From the NCBI GenBank assembly GCA_965240325.2, contig OZ251238.1, positions 620,001-684,000 on the forward strand: DNA of 64,000 nucleotides, in the 5' to 3' direction. The notes below the pieces were generated by a model. That model was not told where the DNA came from. It made no database searches and was given only the letters and a program-made list of their open reading frames with translations. This DNA comes from Rebecca billardiae RCC1528. Its lineage: Eukaryota; Protista; Haptophyta. The position numbers and the translations under genes are program-made. How positions within the stretch are numbered: the stretch's first letter is position 1; the number at the start of each line of letters is the position of its first letter. This document shows, in pieces, positions 1 through 11,558 of the stretch.

Positions 1-580
1 GCCCGCGGAGGGCGGGCACGTGCCGCCTGAACAGCGCCTGCGCGTGGGCGGGCACCTGCACGCACACACCCCAGTTGGAGATGTTGTTGAGCCCGTTGAC
101 CTCGACGCCCGTCCAGTGCGGCTCCTTGCACGCGCGGTGGAAGCGGTACCCGGACACGAGCATGTCGAGCGGGTGGTGCACAAAGTGCACCACCACGTCG
201 TGGGCGCGCTTGACGGAGCGCGGTGTGCGCTTTGGGGGGTCTGCCGTCGCGCCGTCGCAACGCGCGAGGCCGTCCCAGGCGCGGCCCACCCTGTTCTCCG
301 CGCAGCACTTGTTGCGCCGGCTGCGCCGCGAGTGGCTGTGCTCGTCCAGCGCTTCACAGAGACGCTCTCGCAGGGCCATTGCCGCGAACGTGCCAGACTT
401 GTGGTGCGCGATGACGAAGACCGATCGGTTGATCGGCTTGACGCAGTGCCCCTTGGCGCGGCCCTCGTCCGTGGAGCCCGGCGGCGCGAGGCAGACGAGC
501 GCGAGCATGGACGCCCGCCGCCATCGCGCCGTCGATGGCTTCGCGCTGTGCGCAGCGAGGAGCCACGCCGTTGCCGCCAT
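1..580 (-). CDS. Sulfotransferase-like protein, 5' part (runs off window start)
   Basis: Manual translation from ATG at 580 (absent from ORF track): MAATAWLLAA..., 5'-PSB-like motif VFVIAHHKSGT and 3'-PB-like motif VVHFVHHPLDMLVSGYRFH. Confidence 0.7.
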   Translation of the reverse strand, partial: MAATAWLLAAHSAKPSTARWRRASMLALVCLAPPGSTDEGRAKGHCVKPINRSVFVIAHHKSGTFAAMALRERLCEALDEHSHSRRSRRNKCCAENRVGRAWDGLARCDGATADPPKRTPRSVKRAHDVVVHFVHHPLDMLVSGYRFHRACKEPHWTGVEVNGLNNISNWGVCVQVPAHAQALFRRHVPALRG

Positions 581-698
581 CGTCGCTTGCGCCGTTTTCC
601 TAATAGGACCCAATCTGCTTCGTGAAATATTATACTACGAGGATCTCGCGGATAAAATCATCGTCAATTTCTGTGTGTGATGAATCAAGGTGGTGTTG

Positions 699-3657
699 GA
701 GGCCACTCCACCGAAATCGAGCCCGTCCAGGGCTTCGGCCGCCCACTGGCGTCCAGGGCTTAGCCCTGGACGCGCCGAGCGCGTCCAGGGCTCCGCTCGC
801 CAGCGCGAGATAGTATTGAGCTCATAGGCGATGCCGCCGCGCCGCGTGCGCGCGCTCCGTCTCGCGCTGGCTGCGGCCGCGAGCGCGTGCGGCGAGCCGT
901 CGCGTGCGGTCGCGCACCGGCGCTGAGGTATGGTGTGCCCATCCGTGCCCTTGGCTCGTGCCCGCGCGCCCTCCTCCGCCGCTGCGTGGCGCGCGTGTGG
1001 TCGCGCCGCCTCGCTCGCTGGGCGCACCGAAAGCGCAAGCGCGCAACGAGTCACCTGTGGCGTGTCGGACCCAGCGCGTGCGCGCCTGGCGTGTGGTTTG
1101 TGTTTGACATGGCCTTGGTCACGCGCGGCGCCGGCCGTGCCCAGCGTCTGACCGCGCGCAACGCGCATAGTACTGGTGGTCCCGGCTGGGTCGAGCCGAC
1201 CCCTCGGGGCTCGGCGGCACCCAGCCACTCGTAGGCGGCCGCGATGGGTCGACGCGTCGGATGGGTGGCGGCTACACACCATGCTGGTCGCGCACTGCCG
1301 CGTGCAGGGCGGTTGCACGGTGACAAGTGCCCCCGCGATCGTGCCGCGCTCGGGTACGAACAGGAGCAGTATGTTGCATGCGTGCCGCCGGCAGGTGGCG
1401 AGCTGGGGCGTGCTGGTCGGTGTGGCTGACGGGCGCGCTCGCGCGCGTGGCATGAGCGAGCGCGCCGCCGCCCAAGCGTGCCGCCCACGCCGCGCGCCGC
1501 GCGCCGCGCGCCGCGCGGCCTACGTCGCGTCGGCGCTCGCGCGGCCGGCAGCTCCGGACGGCAGCGTGGCCGGAAGGCGGCACGGGCACCATGCTGCTCA
1601 AGGCTGGCAAACAAGCTGCAGTAGTCGTCCCTCATCTTGGCATACGGAAACAGCTAGCACGCATGATGAGATGGATACACAGCAGTTCAGCAGTCTGCAT
1701 GCTCCGTGACCGTGACGGGGTATTCGGAAAGTGTTCAGCTGACAAATCTCGCCTGCCTGAGCTATCTGTCAGGCTGTGTGCGTCTCTTCTTCTTAGTCAG
1801 TGTTGTGCTCAGGCCGGCCACCGTAGAAGGGTGGGAGCTGGCGAACTTCTCCACCGGGTACCGAGCCTATCATAGCCATCAGCGCGCGCATACTGTAGCA
1901 GCGGTTCAGCCTTGTCACTGGCTAGCATCCCGTACTTGGTAGCTGCCGAGCAGCTCCGCGCGCTGAGCGTCGTGTTCAGCTGTGATGTATGATGAGCAGC
2001 GCAGCTTGCTCGCACCACGCGCGCACCCTCGCGTGCACCCACTAGACCAGTGTTGATGTGAGCCACCGACAGTGATAGGTCGGCACGAATGTGTGCAACA
2101 GAAGCCTCGCTAGGAACTGCTGTCATGAAAGTGCTGTCAGCTGACGCTCCAGTGAATCGCTTGTTACGCACTGCTTACAATATCATTCCATTTCCCACAG
2201 TCGTTCATCAGACGCCGTGGCCGTGGCAGGCGCCAACGCCACAACTGACGCCACTCTAGGCTCCATGCTACTTCATTGAGGGCGTGGGCCCGCGCTACAT
2301 GCTCAAACCAGCCGCGGCGAGCATCAGGTGCTTGAGGCGTGCGTGCGCTTGCAGCCGCTCAGAAGTACAGTATTGAAGGCAGTGCCGCCACCGAGCCCGT
2401 GCAGCGTCCGAGCTACGCATCTCGACTCTGGCGCATGCGCAGGCTGCCGTAAGCCTCTGGGTCTCCACCACAACGGGAGGAGGGGCGATGTATCACCTCG
2501 GTGCGTGTGCATACCTTCTGTTCACGTGTCTTGCGACCGGCCATCTTCATAGTCATCTACCCGAGCCTGCGCCAAGGGTTTGCGCCGCGGACGTCAGTCA
2601 GCCCGCTGTGCTGATATCACCGCAGAATCCGTGGGCAATGACGTACTTCAGGGTACGAGAAGACACGCGGCATGCGGACGCCCATAGACGCAAGGCCGTG
2701 GCTATCAACCTCTTCACCCGCCGCCCATTTCGCGTACTAGTAAGGACCAGCTCTGCAGCTGGCACACGACAGCCACTCGGACCAGTCACGCTGCCGTCCG
2801 GAGCTGCCGGCCGCGCGAGCGCCGACGCGACGTAGGCCGCGCGGCGCGCGGCGCGCGGCGTGCGGCGTGGGCGGCACGCTTGGGCGGCGGCGCGCTCGCT
2901 CATGCCACGCGCTCGAGCGCGCCCGTCAGCCACACCGACCAGCACGCCCCAGCTCGCCACCTGCCGGCGGCACGCATGCAACATACTGCTCCTGTTCGTA
3001 CCCGAGCGCGGCACGATCGCGGGGGCACTTGTCACCGTGCAACCGCCCTGCACGCGGCAGTGCGCGACCAGCATGGTGTGTAGCCGCCACCCATCCGACG
3101 CGTCGACCCATCGCGGCCGCCTACGAGTGGCTGGGTGCCGCCGAGCCCCGAGGGGTCGGCTCGACCCTAGCCGGGACCACCAGTACTATGCGCGTTGCGC
3201 GCGGTCAGACGCTGGGCACGGCCGGCGCCGCGCGTGACCAGGGCCATGTCAAACACAAACCACACGCCAGGCGCGCACGCGCTGGGTCCGACACGCCACA
3301 GGTGACTCGTCGCGCGCTCGCGCTTTCGGTGCGCCCAGCGAGCGAGGCGGCGCGACCACACGCGCGCCACGCAGCGGCGGAGGAGGGCGCGCGGGCACGA
3401 GCCAAGGGCACGGATGGGCACACCATACCTCAGCGCCGGTGCGCGACCGCACGCGACGGCTCGCCGCACGCGCTCGCGGCCGCAGCCAGCGCGAGACGGA
3501 GCGCGCGCACGCGGCGCGGCGGCATCGCCTATGAGCTCAATACTATCTCGCGCTGGCGAGCGGAGCCCTGGACGCGCTCGGCGCGTCCAGGGCTAAGCCC
3601 TGGACGCCAGTGGGCGGCCGAAGCCCTGGACGGGCTCGATTTCGGTGGAGTGGCCTC
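699..3657. mobile_element. Foldback-type non-autonomous DNA transposon with ~870-bp TIRs and 5-bp TSD
   Basis: 699-1568 is the near-perfect reverse complement of 2787-3657. TGTTG flanks both ends (694-698, 3658-3662). Termini are GAG...CTC. Confidence 0.9.
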
Positions 3658-3843
3658 TGTTGGCCGGACAATGATTAATTTAATACGGTACGGTAAGACG
3701 ATCGACCAATTTACCAATAGGTGCAAATAGAAGTGATCAAGTTTTTAGTACATAGCAGCCACCAGCGCGCGCCGACGACCCAACGGCCCGAACGGCGGGC
3801 GCAGCATTGGGCTCCACACTGCGCGACTGACTGCGTCGCCACC

Positions 3844-5379
3844 ATGTCTCGACCGCCCTCGTCGCTCGGCGCGCTCCTAGCGCTCGCGGCGTGGGCTGTT
3901 GCCCCGGCGGCTTGCTTCGAGTTCGTCATGGGAGGCTGCGGTGGCCCCGGGTGCGCCATCCTCGACACGGGCGAGGCCAAGTGCTGGGGCAACGGCGGGA
4001 AAGGACGGCACGGCCACGGTGACATCGAGGACCGCGGCGACGACCCGGGCGAGATGGGCAACAACCTGCCGGCGCTCGATCTGGGCACGGGGCGCACGGT
4101 CGTAAAGATCTACTCGACGATGGAGGAGAGCGCCTGCGCGCTCCTCGACAACGGCGACTTCAAGTGCTGGGGCGAGGCGAATCACGGCCGACTCGGGACC
4201 GGCGACACCGTCGACCGAGGCGGCTTGCCGGGCACGATGGGCGACAAGCTGCCGGCCATCGAGCTGCCGTCCGGCACGGCCATCGTGATCGCGGCCGTCG
4301 GCGAACTCTCCCGCTGCCTCCTCCTCAACGACACCACCACTCGGTGCTTCGGCCACGCGCAGTGGCTCGGCCTCGGCCTGACGGGCTCAAGCACGAACAG
4401 CGTCGGCGACGACCCGGGCGAGATGGGCAACAACCTGACGGCCGTCGACTTCGGGGCGGGGCGGTACGCCATAAACCTCTTCGCCGGCTCGGACGCGTTC
4501 TGTGCCATCCTCGACGACCGGTCCCTCAAGTGCTTCGGCGACAACCCGGAAGGCAATCTCGGCTACGACGACCGCCACGACCGCGGCTCGGGCCCGGAAG
4601 ACGATTGCCCCGACTGCCATCTCATGGGCGACAAGCTCCCGGCCGTCGACCTGGGCAAAAACCGGACGGTGAAGACGATGGAGCTCTCGACGATGCACAC
4701 CTGCGCGATCCTCGACAACGACGCGCTCAAGTGCTGGGGGAAGGGCGATGACGGCGCGCTCGGCTACGAGGACACGCTCGATCGCGGCGACGGGCAGGAA
4801 GACGCGCTGCCCAACCTGATGGGCGACAAGCTGCCCGAGGTCAACTTGGGCACGGGCAGGAAGGCCGTCGCGGTGAGCCTCGCGGCGCCCTCCTCCGGCA
4901 CGACGTGCGTGCTGCGCGACGACGGCGCCTACGTGTGCTGGGGCGACAACCCCTACAGCCTGGTCATGGACGGTACGACCAACGACTACGGCGAGGTGGC
5001 GGGGACGATGGGCGACAACCTCAAGCCCATCTACCTGGGCAGGCACCCGTCCGACCCGAAGAACCGCAACCGGACGGTCTGCAAGTTCGAGATGGGCGAG
5101 GAGACGAACTGCCTGCTCCTTGACGACTGCACCTTCACGTGCATCGGCTATCATCCGCTCCTCGCCCAGGGCGACGGTGAGAGCCGCGGCGATGAGCCGG
5201 GCGAGCTCGGCGACGGGCTGCTGCCCATCGACCTGGGCGACGGCGCCCTCAGCAAGTGCCTGTCGGGTACGGAGACGTGCTTCCTGGACGCCTTCGCGAG
5301 CGCGCCGCCACCGCCGTCCCCGCCGAGCCCGCCGCCGGACCCGCCGAGCTCGCCGCCGCCGCCGGCGTCGCCGAGCCCA

Positions 5380-5413
<34 letters not shown>

Positions 5414-6145
5414 CGCTGTCGCCGCCGCTGTCGCCCCCACCGAGCCCGCCGTGGAGCCCACCACCGCCCAGCTCGCCGCCATCGCCCCCGACGCCCTTCC
5501 CGCCGCCCAGCCCGCCGCCGCCCCCGTCGCCGCCGCCAAGCCCGCCGCCGCCGCTCGAACCACTGCCGCCGCCGTCCCCGCCGCCGCCGCCGCCACCCAC
5601 GCCGCCGCCGAGCCCGCCGCCGTCCCCACCGCCACCGCCGCCCCCCACGCCGCCGCCGTCACCGCCGCCGCCACCGTCGCCGCCGCCGCCGAGCCCGCCG
5701 CCGCCGCCGTTGCCACCCCCCTCCCCGCCGCCGCCGCCGCCGTCGCCGCCGCCACAAGCCCTGTGCGGCGGCGGCTGCTTCCTTGCGGTGCGCGCCCGCC
5801 GCCGCCGCGCGTCGCCGCGCGCCCCACCGGGTCGCGAAGCCGGCCGCGTAGTGCCGCCCGCCGTTTCATCCCGCGGCCCGTAAGCCGCGCGTGCGCTGCC
5901 GCGCGCTTGGTCGCCCAGCGCCCGCGGCGATGTGCGGCTGTGGCCGAGATGCTACGCGCGCATATGCGCCGTGAGCCGTCCGCCACGCGCGTGTCGTGTG
6001 TGCTGTGCTGTCTCACAAGGACCGCCCCTGCCCCGTGTCGACCGCGCGGGCCGCGTGCGCGCGCGCGCGCCTGCAGCTCATGGCCACCACGCTGTACAGG
6101 CTCACCGTCGGGAACGTGGCGTGCGGCGTCTTCGGCGTGTGCTAA
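3844..6145 (+). CDS. Secreted RCC1/BLIP-II-repeat protein with extensin-like Ser-Pro stalk
   Basis: Signal peptide MSRPPSSLGALLALAAWAVAPAAC. Repeated CAILD..KCWG..G.LG..DRGD..GEMG.NLPA.DLG blades, then an SP2-6 tract. Predicted intron 5788-6076 and last exon LMATTLYRLTVGNVACGVFGVC*. Confidence 0.8.
5303..5753 (+). repeat. Pro/Ser low-complexity coding repeat (CCG-rich)
   Basis: Encodes (S/T/L)P2-6 units. Confidence 0.9.
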
Positions 6146-6376
6146 CTGAGTAGCTCAGCTGGCTGCTCGCGAATAGTACTGATTGACGAGCTGGACGTCG
6201 CCCGGACCGTGTGCCATCCCGCGTGACCCGCCGTCGTCATCGCTTTGGCGGAATAGACAATAGTGCCACGGACGAGCTGACGACATCAGCCTTTATTATT
6301 GGACGTCTGGACTCGCCTGGCCACTGTCGCTTATATAGCTGCTTCAGCAGTCTATGTCACACTCGACGGCACAGGT

Positions 6377-8092
6377 TAGGGGGGCCAAAGTGGCACTGTA
6401 GCGTTACTGACGGCCACGAGCGCGGGTCCTAGCGAGTGTTTAGAGCTGATTTCGGGCTGGATCATTTGCCCTCTGGAGGGGTCTGGGCCGGCCATGTAAA
6501 AAAAGCAGGTGCCCATACCCTGAATATAGGGCGTAACGGCTAGCATATTTACTTATTAGAATGAGCCTGAACTTATTGGAAACGGTATATAACGGTCGTC
6601 CTATATGTGACATATAGACCATGTCGACCTCACTTTGATAGAGCATCTCAGCGAGATCGTTCTGAGTCCCCAGCAGCAGCAGGTCCCAACATGCGATATA
6701 GGCTGTGTACTGGCAGGCTGTCAAATATGTAGTTTCCTAGAAGCCACCGATCGTTACATACCCACTGTGTATATAGGCGCCATGCTGATGAATACAGCCT
6801 CGTCTGATCTCGAGCTGCGAGATACGTTTTCAGACTGTGTATACGGCCACGCGTACGGCGTATTGCAGACATAGTAGACCCAAAGCACCGGCCCCACGTC
6901 CTTAGCCCGGGAGTGCTCTCGGTCATAGGCAAGGTTTAAAGTGACTCGAGCCAACCGTCACCGCTCCCTGGCCGAGACCTACGAGGCAGGTCAAATCTGT
7001 CGTCGTCGCAGTGCGGCACAGTGCCGAGCATGCGATTCGGCAGCAAACGTCTGCTCCAGGCGGTGGCTGGCGTGTCTGCACCAAACCAGGCTGGATGGGA
7101 TTGGTCCATATAGGTACGAACTACCCTGTTCCGCGCTATTTCTGGGCTTAGGGGCGGATATTCGGCCTACAGAGGCTGATCCGGCGCTGTTCGGCGCTCC
7201 TGGCTGGCTGCGCGGAGCCCAACGGCAAGCGCCGGCGTGTGCAAGGTGTCAAGATTGAGACGGTCTCTGACGCTCCCGCCGGTCTTGGGCGCACCAGGGT
7301 GCATGAGGGCCCATCTGCATCTGCTTCTGCAGGCATGAGCGTCACAGGGGCGCGCTTGCAGGCACGGTCGAGTGCACGTCGGACCTGTCGAATGAGCCAA
7401 CCGCTGCCTGCGAGCACGTCCGCGACGTCCTGAGAGGCGAATGGGAGGCGCCCAGACGCCATCAGAGGGCACACGTGACCCATACCCAACGTACTGACCA
7501 TCGCAAGTGCCACGGCAGGTGCAAACACGGGCCCTACAAGCGGAACATGACAGTTGCGAGCTCCGCGGAGGTGTTGCGCGCGAGCTCGCGCCGGTCTGCT
7601 GACGGCGATTCCGGCGCAGCAGGGCAGGTTAGGCGAGCTGGGCATCCACATACATACATGGGCACTTGGTGCGAGCATCGATCTCAACTGTGCGAGTTGA
7701 TCATGAGCCACACCGTGCGGTAGCGTGACGGGCGCACGCAGCGCGCCAATTCAAGCCGGCCGACGCGCGCCGCGCACGGCGCGAGATGGCCAAGAAGCGG
7801 GTGGTGAGCCGCTGGTGGCGCAAAGGCACGGGTCGGTAGCGCCCACCAGCGTCACGCGCGCGCGCACCCGAGACCATCTCGGCGTCTCAAAGGTCGCGAG
7901 CGCGCGGCGGTCCACTGCCTCCGGCCGCTCGCGCTGGAGCGGAACCGAGCTCTGAGCGTCCGAAGGCGTGAAGCTCGATTTTCGAGCGGGGTCCGAGAAA
8001 AAGGCTCCGCGCCACCCTAAAAGGCCGAGGGCGGAGCGAAAATGCGACGCGACTTTGCTTTTCATTTTTAAATGGGCGGTTTGGCCCCCCTA
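6377..8092. mobile_element. Degenerate hAT-like DNA transposon
   Basis: 13-bp TIR TAGGGGGGCCAAA (6377-6389) and TTTGGCCCCCCTA (8080-8092). ACAGGT lies near both flanks. Interior has lower GC and broken frames. Confidence 0.55.
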
Positions 8093-8528
8093 CTGACAGG
8101 TCCAGGACTCTCAGCTAAGAGTATGAGCAGTACGGCAGCGGCAGTGAGTACTCTCCGAGTGCTATCACGTATCAGCTATATATGCCGCCGAATACAGCGC
8201 AGTATCGGAATCCGCGACGATGATGATGACTCTGCTGCAGTCTGCTGGCGACAACCGGACTCTATGGGGGCGCATCAGGCGGTATCAGCAGTCTGGCAGA
8301 CGCGGCGTCGCTCACAGCGCAGGCAGGTGTTTGGCGCGGCTGCACTCTCGAGGTGGCTGGGATACATCAGTATTACAACATCCAGGCCCAGCACCCTCCC
8401 CGCTGGCTGGTACTCTCCGCCATCGCACTCGCTCATCACGCGAGTGTGCCCGCCGAGTAACGATGGCGGCGCAGTCCGGAGGAGAGTACCAGACAGCCCT
8501 CCCCGCGTGTGGTCTGACTAAGTGTGGA

Positions 8529-8746
8529 GTGTCAGAGCGCGGCTCCCGAGCGCGTGCCGCTCCGAGCGCGGGGCCGGCCGTCTTGCTGCAATGGCCGCCT
8601 CGATGAGGTGCGGCAACGCGCCCCTCACCTGCCTGCGCCGGTCTGTTTTGAATTGCGGTGTCTTTGTGCAGTCGTGTTGGATGGCGTCAATCACGCCTTA
8701 ACCAAGTGTGCACGTTAAAACATATATATATATATAGTGAACTGTA
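8529..8746 (+). repeat. Interspersed repeat family A, copy 1
   Basis: Highly similar to 45062-45261. The 3' end (taaccaagtgtgcacgttaaaaca(ta)n gt.aactgta) also occurs at 29675-29718. Confidence 0.85.
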
Positions 8747-9148
8747 TAACTGGGTACTACGGAGTACTATGATGATATGCTATAGCTACGGTGACGGTCA
8801 TCATCTCACATCTGTTATTATCTTCCGGGACGACGAGAGTGAGGCTGCTGATGATGATTATAGCCTGCGCTGACTTCGGCGGAGTGACACCGACGCTTCA
8901 GCAGACGGTGATGACGGCTGACGTACTGTGCGGGGCCGCGCCACGGGGCCGGGGCGGCCCGGCGCCGCATCAATCATGAGCGCGATGACGACTAGTCGTC
9001 GCCATGATATCAGCAGCATCATTATCACATCACGTGTGGCGGCGGGCCCCGGTCACGACTCCGACGATGATGATTGATGATGATGAGCACGCCCTACTCA
9101 GTCATAGTGATCTGGTGCTCCATCCCGGCCCCGCTCCCCGTTGACAGG

Positions 9149-9460
9149 GGGGCAGGGCTGCGGGTGGCGCACTGCCTGACCTGATGGTCGGAAGGCGCGG
9201 ACGCATTCTATGCTATGCTAGTGTCTGCTGCAGTCTGCACTCTGAGCCTGATGACGCTTGCCCCGGTTCGGCACTGAGTGAGTCACTGACCGGACCACCT
9301 CGGTTAAATAAATAAATAAATAATAAATAAATATATATTATAATACATTTAACGACGTGGCAGCATCGGACAAGCGTCAGGCTCAGAGTGCAACAGACAC
9401 ATAGAATGCGTCCGCGCCTTCCGACCAGGTCAGACAGTGCGCCACCCGCAGCCCTGCCCC
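9149..9460. mobile_element. MITE-like hairpin (inverted arms around an AT-rich (TAAA)n loop)
   Basis: 9149-9260 is the reverse complement of 9371-9460, with small insertions in the left arm. Confidence 0.7.
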
Positions 9461-9515
9461 GTAATATATATATTATATTATTACTAACACGCCGTACTAT
9501 TAACTATATATATAT

Positions 9516-11365
9516 GACCGCGTTCCGCGGTCCTTCCGTAGAACCAACGTAGTTAGAGGCCCGCGGTGCAACCTCCGTCGGCTGCTGATGTCGATCAGTC
9601 TGACTGACATGGCGGGCCGAGGACTGTCGCCGCGGGCCGCGCGGCGGGTGAAGCGCGGCCGCCGGGGCGGCGCGCGCGCGCAGGGCGAGAGGCGCCGCGC
9701 GGCGCGGGCCGGCGCGGGCGGGCGTGCGGGCGCACCTGCTTGAGGTGCTCGCGCTGCGCCATGCGCTCGACGACGGGCCGCTGGTCGCTCAGCCGGCGCG
9801 CCTCGTGCCGGCAGAGCGAGAGCGCGCGCCACTGCCAGCGGGCACTGCGTCTGCTGCCCCGGCCCGTGCGCCGCTGCGCAGCCGCGCACCGATCGCCAGA
9901 GGCGAGACCGAGCGGAGCTCGGAGTGGAACGAGGCGAGCGGCGCGTCGCGCCTGCCGCCGCGCGTGCGCGCCTGCTCCACCGCGCCGCGCCGTGCTCGCC
10001 CGCCGCCTCCTCGTCCGCCACGTCGCGGCCTCGACTAGCTAGCCACGGCGGCGGCCAGCCGGCGCGGCAGGCCGTGACAATCGGCAGCCCGTGGCCGTGC
10101 GTGCTCGCCGAGTTGCTGCTGCTGCACCTCCGGCGCGGTCGACGACCGAGTTGAGGAGGGGCTCGCGCTCGGCGTCGAGGAGCGAGCTCGCGAGCTCGAG
10201 CTCGCCCTTCATTCAGCCGCGCTAGCTCCGGGCGCATCCGGCTCATCTCCGCTGCGGCGTGCCGTCGCGGCGCGCTCCCAATCCTCATTCCTCAAGCGAC
10301 GAGCTCGCGTAGTGCTCCGGACTCGGCTCGCCCTTGCGCGCTCCTCCTCGAGCGACGAACGCGCCCGCGGGTAGGTTGTTGGGCGCGCGCCGACTCGGCG
10401 TGACTCGGCCACGCGGCCCGGCAAGACGACAGACAGACAGACCGGTGCCGGTGGGCGCGCTCGTTGAGAGCGGAGCGCGAGGGCCGGGCGAGACGGAGTA
10501 GACGCGGGGCCTGCGAGGCGACAGGCGCGCTCGGGGAGAGCAGAGTGCGAGGGCGAGAGGCAGCGGCCGGCCGGCCCCCGCCACCACCTCGCGCACCGCG
10601 GCGTATTCTGCGGCGGCACGCGCACGCCGTCACTGCCGCACGCCGCCCCCCGGTCCGAGTCAAGCACTCCACGCGTCGCGGCAGGCCCCTTGCCCCGCGT
10701 CTATTTTACTCCGTCTCACGACTCCGCGCCGGTACGCGCCGGCCCGAGCATTTCGTCTGCGTGCTGTATATATATATATTCGTCACGAACTAGTACCCGG
10801 TATGGGGGTACGGAGTGATCATCTTTTGTCTGCAGTGCGCCCTCTAGTGGCTTCCGCGGGAACCAGTGAGTCCATTTACGACCATGCACGTTCAACCGTA
10901 TCGTCGGAAGATTGAACGGGAACCCCCTTGGTAGAATACCCTGCTACTGTAGGACCCCCGTGCACATGCACTTTTAAAAAAACACGTCCGGCCCTGGGTC
11001 CGGTTGGTCCCGGGCTGGCGACCAAGTTTTGTTCCGTAGTATATATATATATATGAATGTTTACAACAAATCGCAGCTAGATATTCGTTCACTAGTACCC
11101 AGATATACTGACAAAGGCGCGTCCAGGCTCACGTCCGTCCGTAGATACGGAATTGGAGCGGGCGCGGCTATTTCGTCAATGCGCCTGGCTAATGCAGAGC
11201 AATGGGCCAAGGTACCCCTGGAAAAAGCGAAAACTCACCCTCCGACAGCCCTCAAAATCGTCCCCCGTCCCCTCATTCTTTTAGATCAAAAGATCTTTTT
11301 GACAACGTAGTGAGGGCCCCCGGCGGGGCTCCACGCTACGCGCTCCGCCCTGCACCGCGGGCCAT
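9516..11365 (-). mobile_element. Non-autonomous Helentron/Helitron2-like element, copy 1
   Basis: Asymmetric 13-bp inverted repeats GGCCCGCGGTGCA (9558-9570 and 11351-11363), terminal hairpin GACCGCG-ttc-CGCGGTC (9516-9532), and homology along its length to 56470-58035. Confidence 0.7.
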
Positions 11366-11558
11366 TAGTAGTAGTATAGTAGTATTAGTATTATATTATT
11401 ATATATATATAATATATATATATATAATACTATTATTATTATATTACGGCCACCTGCGTCCTGCTGCTTCATCTGGCCTCGTCGCGTCGTCGTGTCTAAC
11501 GTCAACGTGTCACTCGTGACTCGTCCTCGACGTAACGACGACGTACTCGATCGCGTCA

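Noticed and set aside
720-800. Repeated CGTCCAGGGCT motifs as a CRISPR array
   Set aside because: They are short, in mixed orientation and within a TIR, with no cas genes in a eukaryotic context. Better explained as transposase-binding sites.
10776-11106. Short imperfect direct repeats (tattcgt..actagtaccc) bounding a segment inside Helentron-like copy 1
   Set aside because: Possibly a nested insertion, but the ends and TSD are too ambiguous to call.
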